Source of the DNA: Balanoglossus misakiensis
Lineage: Eukaryota; Animalia; Hemichordata
Reading direction: 5' to 3'
DNA length: 64,000 nt
Assembly (NCBI GenBank): GCA_040954595.2
Contig: CM082593.2
Coordinates: 2,391,830-2,455,829 of the forward strand
Positions within the stretch are counted from its first letter, which is position 1; every line of letters begins with the position of its first letter. The position numbers and the translations under genes were made by a program. Positions 40,176-52,567 of the stretch are shown piece by piece. Under the pieces are notes generated by a model. It had not been told where the DNA came from. It searched no databases and was given only the letters and a program-made list of their open reading frames with translations.

Positions 40176-41329
40176 CGTAAACGCCAGATGAATTCTCAAC
40201 AAGTGGAACAGATACTTTTCTGTGTAGAATATGCCTAGACGAAGTATAGCCTTTAATCGTCGATCGGTGGCTCGGGTAATGATGGCGGTTTCCAAAATCT
40301 GTTTTAATTTATACTTTCCTTGCCACGCACGTTTAGTAAAATTCGCAATGTTGGAATTCACTAAATGAGCAAATTTCAAAGAGATTCGTGAGTGCCAGGA
40401 CTGTTTCTCGTGGAAAAGCGACTATGTATAGCAAAAGAGTAACCTCGGCCATGAACGGTTGTAAAACAATTTGAAGGCATACTTCCCTTGCGACATATAT
40501 GCACGTATTAAATTTTAGCTGTACATATATAGTTAGATGCGTATGTGAACTAGATGTACCAGGATGTTCGTCAGTTGAATATTTACCCGGTGACCGTTAA
40601 GTGTTATATCCGCACCCATGAGCCTAATGCTAATTGTTAATTTTTATAAACTCGTCAACAACCAATTTAATAGTTTCATAATTTTATTGGTATTTTAAAA
40701 ATGTTTTCTTCAGTTCCAGTTGCATCGGAAGTACCAGTTCGAAGTGTATTCAATCAAAATAGCTCACGAAGACATTTTTATCCACTTGTTGAATTCCAGA
40801 AGGGCTTTTAATAGTATACTAAATTTGCCAGTATTTGTATACTGAAAGCAGTGTCGGTATCATAGTTGAGTGTTCGGTTCGCCAGTCTACACTGTGACTA
40901 TGTGAATTCATGAGGGCAACTTTCACCGTTGGCGGTGTAATACATGTACTGCTTCTGATGCTCGCCCGAGAAGTGTGTTGACCCTCCGTTCGTCGCTGAT
41001 AAGTGAAAGTTTGTTAACCTCGCATAAGTTAATAAGGCGTATAGCAATTCATTGAGCAGGTGATCATTTATGATCTAGTTTTCTTAAATAATCGGACATT
41101 TTTTCTGAATCGATGCAATATATATACTTGCCAAACGTTGCCAGCGTTTGACAGCTATATTTTCAAATATTAACAATAATTTTTTTTAATATAGGGCCTA
41201 GATTTCTGGGGGTACATGCGTTTGTTTGTAGTTCGGGCTAAAGCGTCAATAGTCTGGGGAACAGAAAATTCGACTCGCAATAGCATTTGTCCCATGACAT
41301 CGGGCTTTCGGAAGCGGAACACTAAATTT

Positions 41330-41356
41330 GGGGAAACCCCATGTCAGTCACGTGAC
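41330..41356. promoter_or_regulatory. NF-kB site GGGGAAACCCC adjacent to CLEAR/E-box GTCACGTGAC in the IL17/ELOVL divergent intergenic region
   Basis: Both motifs are exact consensus and 6 bp apart; CCAAT (about 41540) and TGACGT (about 41572) lie downstream. Confidence 0.5.
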
Positions 41357-41985
41357 ACTTCAGCTATGATACATTTCGGGTTGACATGAAAGAAGGGAAC
41401 TTATAATTTTGGAAATATTTAATGATTTATCAGTCAGTGCAGCGAGTCGCTTATTACTTGAAATTGTTAATTTCCCCTCCAAATCGATAAAAATCGTGAA
41501 TTGATATCAGTCTCAGTGATCCGGCAGATGGATGTGATTGGCCAATGAAAGGCGCCTGATGGCTCTGGTTGTGACGTACAGGATGTATTTACCACCCACC
41601 GCGAGGGTTTTTGTCCGTGCTTTATTTTGCTCATATAGTCTCGCTCTTTTTTATTTTATATGAGTAATTTCATAAATATGCATAGGATACGATGACCGCC
41701 TGTCTTTTTGAAGAACAATATACTTCAAGAAATGTATAAGAGTAAATTGAAATGTACACAATCGTTCTTGCCAGTGGGAGGATAACTATTCACTAGAACA
41801 GCCCCAGGCTCGCCCCATATCCATGATATACATTATTCATAACGTACATTTGTCTGTGTTAAGTATCCAAGCACTTCAATTTTGCGGTTCCTAGCAGGCC
41901 AGTTATATTCCAATAACTGTAAGTATTAATTGAGACGGCGAGGGAAAACGATTTCACCCTTTGCTCATAGTTTTCTGCTGACAAG

Positions 41986-42822
41986 ATGATGAACACATCC
42001 ACTGTTAGTTACCAGTACAGTAACCATCGGGTGTTCGAGTTCGAGAAGGCATTCAACTATGAAGAGAAAATTGTATGGTTCGAGAAGAACTGGGCAAATT
42101 CGTTCATCTATGGGGCCGTCTATCTGATCTTCGTCCACTTTGGACAGGTGTACATGCGATCACGTCCCAAGTACAACCTGCGTACCGCGCTGACGCTGTG
42201 GTCCCTCAGCCTGGCCGTGTTCAGCATGATGGGGGCCGTGCGCCTTTGGCAGGAGTTCGTGTATTTTGTCACCGAGTACGGATGGAAAGGCACCGTGTGC
42301 GACCCGGTGTTCTACAAAGGTATCAGTGGATTCTGGGCTTGGGCTTTCATAGTCAGCAAGCTCCCTGAACTTGGCGACACGATTTTCATCGTGTTGCGGA
42401 AGCAGAAACTGATCTTCCTGCACTGGTATCACCACGTCACCGTCCTGCTGTACGCGTGGTACAGCTATGCTCATTTCATAGCGGTGGGCCGCTACTTCCT
42501 CACCATGAACTATACCGTTCACGCGTGCATGTACTCCTACTACGCTCTCCGCGCATCAGGCATGGTGAAAATACCGGGATATGTCAACATCACCCTGACA
42601 GCCATGCAGGTGTTTCAGATGGTCGTGGCTTGCGTGGTGAACATATTCGCGCACATGTGGTACCGACAGGAAGGCGATCGCTGCTCAACGACTGTGGCAC
42701 ACACCTACATGTCGATCTTTTTGTACTTCAGCTATTTCGCACTGTTTTCCAACTTTTTCTACCAAACTTACGTCGTCAGGAAGAGGAAATGCGAGGCCGT
42801 CGATGAATTGAAGAAAAAATAA
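41986..42822 (+). CDS. ELOVL6: Very-long-chain fatty acid elongase, ELOVL3/6-like, single coding exon, 278 aa
   Basis: SKLPELGDTIFIVLRKQKLIFLHWYHH, MNYTVHACMYSYY, TAMQVFQM motifs; C-terminal lysine ER-retrieval tail; acceptor just upstream of the ATG. Exact orthology is not established. Confidence 0.95.
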   Translation: MMNTSTVSYQYSNHRVFEFEKAFNYEEKIVWFEKNWANSFIYGAVYLIFVHFGQVYMRSRPKYNLRTALTLWSLSLAVFSMMGAVRLWQEFVYFVTEYGWKGTVCDPVFYKGISGFWAWAFIVSKLPELGDTIFIVLRKQKLIFLHWYHHVTVLLYAWYSYAHFIAVGRYFLTMNYTVHACMYSYYALRASGMVKIPGYVNITLTAMQVFQMVVACVVNIFAHMWYRQEGDRCSTTVAHTYMSIFLYFSYFALFSNFFYQTYVVRKRKCEAVDELKKK

Positions 42823-44995
42823 CTCAACACTCGTCACCCGGTGAACTGTGATCCTCAATCCTCGTATGATCACGCTATTAAATTTTGATTAATCACCGCA
42901 AATTGTGCAACAATGTAACATTACGCAATGGACACTGTTGAACGATATCGACATTTTCACAAACGTGTTAGACCACGCGCGCGCGGGCGCTATCGCAATC
43001 ACGCACGCTCTTCGGTTACCACGGCAACAGTTCAATCCGCGGTGCCCTGCCCTGTTTAGACGTGACATCCCCTGCGTCGCGCTTCGCCCGGCATGTCTCA
43101 AAAAGACGCGATACCCACCCAAAAAGCAAACGATGCGGTCATCCCTCCAGCTCAGTCAGATTATGATTAAATAGGTCTTATCTATGAAAACTCTGTTTCG
43201 TAGTAACACGCGCGGTAAACAGTTAGTGATCGTCCAAACCAGTCACCGCCAGGCACAGCTATCATCCCGCATTATTTAACTTATTTATTCTGCTGCATGT
43301 TGATTTGAATGGAATGAAAAAAATTAAGGTTGCAACAGTAAAGATGGCCGCCAATGTGCAAATGTTCAATTTTTTTTCAGTGAAAAGTTTATGGAAGATA
43401 TGTATATTGCTGTGAGTGGTACATTTGTCAAATTCATAGCCACTTTAACCACTCAATCTGCCTAAATGCATAAAAGATTGAATCTTGTACAAGAAAACTT
43501 ACTATTAATATTAAGGAAAAAGACTTACTGCTTGAACAATGCAATTTTTTTTAATTTGAACTACTGAGGTAGCTTCTCTGAAGTAACTACCAGATTGTGT
43601 ACCAATTCAGACTCAAGGAAAAACAGTTACAAAGCTTAGACTTATTATTTGGAAAGTGCAAAAAAAGAAATTTGATTATGACCACCATTGAGTTTGCTAA
43701 TTGGAGGAAACAAACCACCTCCAGCAACATGAAGGATGATGTGATGTCATTTCTTTTGGACTTTTCTGTCTTGTAGGGGTACTAGATTATTTTCCATTTC
43801 AGAATTTGTTTATTTATGCAAGCCTGTTATGCCAGAGAGAATTTTGTCAACTTTGCTATGATTTGCCAACTTTGTTTCATAATTTACTGTGAAGTACTAG
43901 ATGGGCTTGTATTGTTATAGTGATGTTGAGAATATAATGCACTGTACTTTTCAAATGGTTTTGCTTAGCCAGCATGGAGGTTAATGTAATTATATTTCTA
44001 TTATTTCAAAATAATCAGACAATTGCTTGAATGGTTCAAACTCTACTTTTTAGACTTGAGTAGAATGCTTGATAATGGCCCCCTTTTGATATCATACTAA
44101 CACTTTTGTCTCAGAAAATCAATTAATGATAAATTCTAGTTGATGGTAATATTTCTCCAAGTCTATCATAACCGATATTCTCAACTCTACTGAAATTACA
44201 ATTTTAATATAAAATGCATAATTGCATTTATAGAAATGTAGTGTGACATTGTCATTTTTTCATCAGAAATGTGTGTGGGTGGAAGTCATGAATATTAATG
44301 AATTGATCAGTGTCAATCAACAATCAGTACAATCTGATTTGGGTGTCTTTTTCAATTTATAGAAAATATGAAGCATATTAAGATATTGTAATAGTTTACA
44401 AAAATAGTCTGTCTTATATCTGTGTAAATTTGAAAATTTTCCAAGTTTATAGGGATTATTCAGAGAAAATGGATTATGAAGCTCTATACTAGAATTAGAA
44501 AATGTACATGTGTTGTACTTTATACAGTTTAAGTGTTGTTGGGCAAGTCTGCATAGTAAGAAGTTGATGACAAGTTGACATTACTGAAAAGACCAAATGA
44601 AGTGGACTATCGGCAGTACTCAGTCCAGGGGGTGTGTACTGTTATGTGGGTTACTGTATCCACAACTCGTAGAAGTCACTGAGGTCGTCCAAAGGTTAAT
44701 TGCAATAATCATACGATGAGTCAGTTTCTTTGTCTGTCACTGATAGATGTACATCGTGTTGTCAGAGTCACCGTGCTGTAGGTCGTCAATCTAATCTGCT
44801 GTGTACCATTCACACGACAACTGTGCTTGGCACGAGACTTTTCTGTGATAAATTTGTCCTGCAAATGTCAAGTGTAGATTGTGACGTATGCAGCATGGTG
44901 TACATCCACGATGACTTTGAGTGCACATGTACTAGTGTATCCTTGTCTGTGTCAGTTGTATTGCCATTTCCAACTGAAGAATGAACTATTAGCAA

Positions 44996-45001
44996 AATAA
45001 A
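44996..45001 (+). terminator. Candidate polyadenylation signal for the elongase (3' UTR about 2.2 kb)
   Basis: AATAAA followed by a GT/T-rich tract. Confidence 0.4.
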
Positions 45002-45864
45002 GATAGATATTAGAACGCAAACTGTTTCCTGTGTCAGTGTTTAATTCATGTAAGTTTTTCTAAGTGATTGTGGCAATGTAAAATTGTGATTGATTTCATT
45101 TGGAGAACACCTCCCACTGATACAGTTAGCAATTGAATATACAATACAAAACCATCAACACAACTGAATATATGTACGAGTCATGCCTATTATGACAGTT
45201 CGCCCTATAGTTAGTCCATACTGTCAAAAATAATGCTGACTAAAGATACTCATAGCAAACAAAACACTAATGGAGAATGACATTAGTGTTGACACACAAA
45301 ACAAACTGAGTTACGACTGATTGTGGTGTAGTCCCTTTAAGTAATCTCTACCCCTGCCTGTCTTAAAACTGATGGATATCTCCTTAACCTAATTGCCAGG
45401 GGTCACGATTGTGGCTATCACTCTCTGTACGTCACACTCTGAAGTACACCCAAGTGAAAATCCATCCAAGACAATACAATCTACAGGGATGAATTAGCAA
45501 TTCTTATCAATGAGATCACGTGGGCTATGGCATGATCCTCAAAAAAACAATAACATTTTAGACTGGCCTTAAATTGCTAGATCATAAAGTACTGCATATA
45601 GGCCAATAACCTAACATGCCACTGTATAGTGGCCATTGATACAATTCATTGTTCCCTTGTTTCTATAGGTAAATAACCTCATTATTTTCCCATTGTTTAT
45701 CTATCTCTTCTCATAATAATTGATGGATTTTTAAACTATTCATCACCATATTTTGGCTTTGTTTCCACAGTCCGCACCCGAAGTAATCCTGGGATTGGTG
45801 AGAGCGCCATCAGTGTTGAAACGTATTATCATATGTAACTGCGCACTCTCTGGCGAAAAAAAAC

Positions 45865-48800
45865 ATGGCGTTGCTGGCAAGACATCTACGAACACTAACT
45901 CGGTTGACTCCAGCGGTCTCCCGAGCTTATAGCTCAACTTCGTCAACGGCAGTCAGGGGCTATGTGGCTAGTGCAACCAATCCGTCCACCGTAGAAAAGG
46001 AGGTAAGGTTTTATGGTCGCAATAGAAACAGCTTTATGTTGTTGCGTATGACGGGCTGCATAATAATTAGTACAGACTAGAGTCATGGTAGTAAGTGGTG
46101 GTACAGTACATGTATAATATACGTCCATGGATGATTTGCGGCGGTTGAAAAGAATGACACCTTCCCCGACATAGACATAACTGTTCGGGAATGGTCATTC
46201 CACAAACGATTTGCATTGTCACGTTGTGAAGGTTCAGAATTTCAAGAAATCCACAAATGATGTGGGTTCCAGGAAACCAATCTTGGTGCCATGTTCTCAA
46301 GCTGCAGTTATGTAGGTCAGTGTTTTGCCTGGTGTTTGGTGGGGTTGGAGGGTTGCAAAATCAGTAATGGTTTTCTCTTTTTCAGGTTGATGGAGCATCC
46401 GCAGTTTCATCGTCTGCTGCCCCTACAGGAACATTTGTTGAAGTCGACGACAAGATCTTTGGTCTGACTCTAGAGCAACAGCAGGTACTGTTCCAGTCAT
46501 GCCAGAGAAATGTCCTGTTGTGTTTTCATTACATGTACTTGCAATGAGCATGTGACACATTTTGCAATTTGAAAATTCACGTCTACGAGCTTAGAAAATT
46601 GAACCCTTCAACTGCACTTTATGGAAATATTTTTCTGTTCTTTCTCTTCACCAGTTGCGTGAGATGGCATTTAGATTCTGTCAGACTGAACTTGCTCCCA
46701 AGGCAGCAGAAATTGATGCTACCAATAACTTCAAAGACATCAGAGTAAGTATATTTTATAATTACTAAATCAAGGTCAAAGGAAATTATCCCAGGTGGGA
46801 TATTGAGTCTCCCGTCAGTTCTTATGAGAATAAGGTGTGACCTACATCTGGCTGTGAATGTGAATTGACGTCATCGCTACCGGTAATGTTATCTGTGATG
46901 TGACCTAGTTCCTTTGTTCTCGCATACCACTGGACTGCATAACCAGTGCGAGTGCAGCTACACCATTGTCAGAACATGTCGATTGAAGTTTGAAAGGAAC
47001 AATGTTTAATACATAATAAAATTATGCACTTTTAAATTGAAATATTCTCTTTGATTTCTCCATTTTTTTTACCAGGATTTCTGGAAAAAGTTAGGATCTC
47101 TTGGTCTCCTTGGCATCACAGCACCAGCAGGTATGTCTTTAACCTTTCATCGGCATGGTTTTGGGCCAGACCCATTGTTGTCTGAGGTGTAGTTGGACCT
47201 GTAAACAGGGTGAAATGGTTAAGCCCAAATGGGGTCAAAGGTCACATGACTGATCAGAGTCCATAGTCTGGAAGATTCATCATCATGTCCATGTAATGAT
47301 AAGGACACTCAATACAAATACCCTAGAAGTGTTTACAGCTTGTACTTATGTGTATCTGTCAGGGGTAATGTTTTACAACAAGGTAAAGCAGATAACCTGT
47401 ATATTGACTAAATATCCTATCGGAAATTGTGAATGTGTGTGTAAATGTTGCAATCTATATTCCTAGACCAATGTAGCATGTCCACATTGGTTATTTTACA
47501 TCAGCCCAGGCCCGACACTGGTGCTAGACCGACATAAACTGGCCGGTCTGAACCACATGTCTGTCACATTCTCTTTTGTACAATGATAGTTATGATGATA
47601 ATGGCTGAATAAGAGATTAAACAATTTTCTACTCTGTTAAAATGCAGATGAGCTGGGTGGAACAGGCGGTGGATACCTGGACCATGTGATTATCATGGAG
47701 GAAATGAGTCGTGCATCTGCAGCCATTGCTCTCAGTTACGGTGCCCATTCCAACCTGTGCGTTAATCAGATCGTCAGAAATGGCAACGCCGCCCAGAAAG
47801 CAAAGTATCTGCCAAAGGTAGGTCATCATTTGGTCCCAAATACACGTATGTCATGTGAGAAAATGGTGACATTGCACTTGCAGGGAGAGGTATGGAACTC
47901 AGACAAAGCTTCCTCAGCTAGCTAGTTCACTAGTCCACTGGTGCCTGGGCTAGCAACAATACCGTACAAGTACATGGGTGTGTGTTCGGTGTAGAGTCTT
48001 TCAGATGAAATTTCATAGTGTGGCTGTTTTGTTTTTCACCACAAGATGTTTGAATCCTTTTTCAGTTGATGAATGGTGAACACATCGGAGGTCTTGCTAT
48101 GAGTGAACACCATGCGGGATCTGATGTCGTCAACATGACTCTGCGAGCTGATAAAGATGGTACAGTATAGAATGATCCAGTGTAACGATTTTTCAGTGCC
48201 AGAACAAGCTTCAATGTGTGAGACTGAGATGAAACCAGACCCGGTGAAAATACTGACATTTTGTGTGCAGTATGAATTTCATTGTTTCAGTGCTAGTTTT
48301 GTTGTTGATATTTTCATTTTTTATTTTTGCTTCAGGTGATGACTATGTTTTGAATGGCACCAAGTTTTGGATCACCAACGGACCAGATGCCGATGTCCTG
48401 GTCGTGTATGCCAGGACTGACCAACATGCCGAGAAGAAGCAACATGGAATCACTGCTTTCATTGTGGAGAAAGTGAGTGCTTGTATTGTTTAATGGTTGT
48501 ACCAAGAAATCCTTACAAATTTGTGAAAGTCTTGAAATTTAAAACCAAGAGTCAATTCTTCTTAAAAAAACATTGAATCATTCCGTCTGATCCATGATAT
48601 GGAAACACTCATAATGTTTTCTGTCTTACAGTCTTTCCCGGGTTTTAGCACCTCACCCAAACTGGACAAACTTGGAATGAGGGGATCCAGCACATGTGAA
48701 TTGGTCTTTGAAGATTGTCGAGTGCCAGGTTTGGTTACAATCCGTTCATTCGAAGTTCATGGATGTGTCTTAGTTAAGATTTAGTGTACAGAATTGATAT

Positions 48801-50147
48801 TTTATTATCTGGCTTGTATGATTGTCCAGGCATACAGGATGATAGGTCAATTGATAATGACCTGGGTTATTATTTGGCTTGAAATAATGACCTGGGTTAT
48901 TATGTGACATGCAGGATTGACCTGAGTGAATGCTTTCTCACCTGGGTTATTATCTGGTTTGCAGTATTGTGTGTGTATGTGAGTAAATGCAAATCACTGT
49001 ATGTCACTAAGCACAGCATGCATCAATAGTCATCCCTGATGTGTATGTTATTTTTTGTCCTCCATTTTACAGCTGAGAATATTCTTGGTGAACTCAACAG
49101 AGGGGTGTATGTACTGATGAGTGGTCTGGACTACGAGAGACTGGTCTTAGCTGCAGGTCCTCTCGGGTAAGAATCTCTTTTTTTCATCAGTAAATATAGC
49201 AGAAATGAAAATTGTGTATATCCTAATCTTAGCATGACATAATGACAATTTGTGAAGACATCGAATTCGCTATGGTCAGTAATTGACTTTGGACCCAGAG
49301 AAATGCCCAACATGGGCAGGAATATAGTTAGATTCATGTTGACAGTAAGTTGTGTGTATTATCCATACTGAACCATACTCTCCATTTTTCCTTCTGCAGA
49401 ATCATGCAAGCAGCCATCGATATAGCAATCCCTTACATGCACACTAGAAAGGCATTTGGCAAATCAATTGGTCAGTTCCAGGTAAGGAGAAAAGCCCGCA
49501 GCAAGTGATTGCGTGTTATGGGTCCAAACGTACTTTAACCTGTAAAAGAACACAAGTGGAAAATGGACGCTAAAAATATCTTATTTTTCTGCCATGTGCA
49601 TCCGTATCACACAGTGCTTTTTTTCTTGATTGTCTGTATAGTTAATGCAAGGCAAGATGGCCGACATGTACACCCGTCTGAGCGCGTGCAGATCCTACGT
49701 CTACAACGTTGCCAGAGCATGTGATATGGGGCACGCAAGTCCCAAGGACTGTGCTGGAGTTATTCTGTATGCTGCAGAGAATGCCACACAGGTTGCTCTG
49801 GATGCTATACAGTGCCTAGGTAAGTGTACAAAAACTTTTCCGAAGATGTACATGTCATTGTCTGTGAGTTTTAGTTACAACTACCAAGTCAATGGAAACC
49901 AATTCGGTATCGTTCAACTGTACATCTACCTGGCCATAGGCAACCATTACTCTTGCATTTGGATCGCAGTAATCAATGTCGTCTTTCTGACTTTCTTCCT
50001 CGAACCACAGGCGGCAATGGCTACATCAACGACTATGCCACCGGCAGATTACTGCGCGACGCCAAACTGTACGAGATCGGTGCAGGAACCAGTGAAGTGC
50101 GAAGACTCATCATTGGCAGGTCCTTCAACAGTGACTTCCTGGAGTAG
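45865..50147 (+). CDS. IVD: Isovaleryl-CoA dehydrogenase, mitochondrial, 12 exons
   Basis: Approximate exons 45865-46002, 46386-46484, 46655-46744, 47076-47130, 47648-47817, 48066-48159, 48336-48472, 48632-48728, 49073-49166, 49400-49481, 49642-49819, 50011-50147. Motifs [69 protein letters not shown]; Arg/Ser-rich transit peptide. Confidence 0.97.
47139..47222. mobile_element. Short TTAA-flanked MITE-like element in IVD intron 4
   Basis: ttaacctttca...tgaaatggttaa terminal inverted repeats; related sequence at 50578-50770. Confidence 0.5.
48853..48955. repeat. Degenerate minisatellite (acctgggttattat) in an IVD intron
   Basis: Three exact cores plus one degenerate copy. Confidence 0.7.
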
Positions 50148-50569
50148 ATGCGGAACAAAAGTAGTAATAAAATGGTAATTCCTCCGTAGCAAGATTTAGA
50201 TCATTCAGCGGTGAGCATATCCTGGGTTGGCAAGTTACTGACCCACTATTTCCCTCCGACTACTTGATTTACCACTCTGCCAACACAATGGATGGTAAAT
50301 GCAAATGCAACTGATTAATTATGTAGTCAGGACTGTCAACCAATCACCGGACCCTCCGAGTACCAAATCGATATGCTCATCGGTGATATTTCACAGAATT
50401 ATTTGTGTGGGGTTCTTTTCATTATCCTTTTGAGGGCAAAGGGAGTATTTCAAATATTGACTGAAAGTTTACAGTCAACTATGCATATATAGCCTCAGTT
50501 ACCATGGAGAGTGGCGATCCAGCCAACAAGTGATTTTTTGTGGGTTGCTATTCAATTGAAGATGCTTTG

Positions 50570-50770
50570 CTAGCGACACCCTTTCACCCCCATTTACACT
50601 GTAAAATGGTCCAACCACTGTTATTTGGTTTGGTTTGGAGTCAATTAAAGATGTTTTGCCAGCGACACCCTTCCACCCCCATTTCCTTGTAAATGGGTCC
50701 AGCCATGCCATTGAGAAAACAGGAGGGTTGGACCAAACTAGCAGGCGTGAAGAAATGGGGGTGAAGGAAA
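50570..50770. repeat. Two tandem degenerate copies of the 47139-type element downstream of the IVD stop
   Basis: gcgacaccctttcacccccattt..tgtaaaatggtcca and gcgacacccttccacccccattt..tgtaaatgggtcca...ttggacc...gggggtgaagg. Confidence 0.5.
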
Positions 50771-52502
50771 GAGAGGAGGGGTGTCTTGTTTGTCATGTTA
50801 AAAATAGTGGAAACCAGTTTTTCAAAATTTTTGTTTGCGTTTACATACATACATATATACAGATAGACACTCATGACTTCTGGTTATTTTATTTAGGGGT
50901 AAAACATGTGGACATTGAGTTTGTGTTTATCAAATATGGGTACTTTGATTGCCGTGAAGGTTTTCAAATTGTTCACTGTTATTGTACATATAAAGAAAGA
51001 TTTATCAAAGCAATATTTATCTTTGATCATGGGGAAAAGGTATATTTACCAAAACGTAACTAAAATCACATTGTCCTCAGGAGGATGACCATGCAAAATA
51101 TGGACTAATTACAAGAGATGCTGATATTTTAGTTGTATGTATTGTCAGACTGTGTACTAAGTTCAGGTCTCTAAAACATAACATTGATCATTTTTTTGCT
51201 TTGTGACTTTTCACTTCTTTCCCCTTATATGGTTAAACCTGTGCGGCCAAAAAACTGTGGGTTCAAGCAACAATTACACTGGTGTAAGGGTTGCAATGAT
51301 TATTAAAACTGTCTCATACCCTATTTCATAATGGTTTAACCTTATGTTACTCAATGAAACAATAGGAATATTACATTATGCTTGGATTAGATGTGGTCGA
51401 GTGTTTTGATTTAACCGTCATCTTAACACTTTCACTTTCAGCAGTTAAGTTTATGGTTATTATTAAGGAGGTTTTCTCAATCACATGTGGCAAGATTTGA
51501 TGGTGCATGATGTTCTCCAAGAGAATTTTGCTTTCTTAATATTTATTTGATCAAAAGAAAACAAAGTTTTCCCACTGAGCAGCTGCGATTGTGCTGATTG
51601 TGTGACGAAGGAATCATCCAGATTTTGCCCATGGGTGTCTGAAAGTGGGGAATGTACGTACATTGTAGATCAATACAGAAATGAAATCCGGAAAATTGCT
51701 TGATTGTAAGATTAACCATATTGGACTATGTTGTCTGGTCTGACTATCATACTAGTGTGGTTAATAGACATGTGTGATAAGTCATATTTACATATGATCT
51801 GTTCATTGACTGTCACAAATATAACCATTCATTTTCTTGGTGTATTGTATAGTTATCTGAAAATAAAACCCAGTTTGAAATGTTAATAGTTGGGTTTTTT
51901 TCAGTGTGTTGAAAGTCCTGTAAATTTTGCAGCCGCTTGTAAGCACAGAACTGTGAGTGTGCGCGCACGCGTGGTTTCAGGAGATGCAGTGTGACGTACA
52001 TGAATGGTGTCCACGCAAAAAAAATGTTATTGACGAGCGCCTTTTTCGATTATTGGTTTGGAATTTACCGAAAACCTTTCGGCTTTTAATATTGAGAAGT
52101 CGTACGATTTTCAAAATGGCGTTCATTGACGATCTGTACTCGTTTTCCGGGCGTGGGAATTGTGAACTTTTTACATAACTCGTGGTGGGAAAAAAACATA
52201 TCCTACCGTCAAAATGTCAAATTTATGTGTTTTTAGTCAAGGTGAAAATGACGAAATGTCAATTTTGATTAAAATTGACACTAGTTACGAATGCAAAATT
52301 CGGAAATGCGAAATTAAAAGATCAGCTGGTATATCACGTGGTCAGTCACCTGACCCAAAAGTTGTTAAACACTAAAACGACATTGTCATTTATGCCAGAA
52401 ACAATACGTAATTTAATTAACAGCAATTAAATGACATTTCACAGATTTTATATTAATTTTTGATGACTTGGTGTGTCACCTGATTAATTCTTCCCGAAAA
52501 TG

Positions 52503-52510
52503 TATAAAAG
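52503..52510 (+). promoter_or_regulatory. TATA box of the multicopper oxidase gene
   Basis: TATAAAAG 65 bp upstream of the ATG at 52568. Confidence 0.6.
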
Positions 52511-52567
52511 TGGGCGATTTAGCCTCCACATTTCATACTGCTGTTTGGACCTTGGTCTCAGCGCATC

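Noticed and set aside
13377-45340. Scattered TTAAAGG/CCTTTAA ends suggestive of Kolobok-type elements
   Set aside because: I could not pair any of them into terminal inverted repeats
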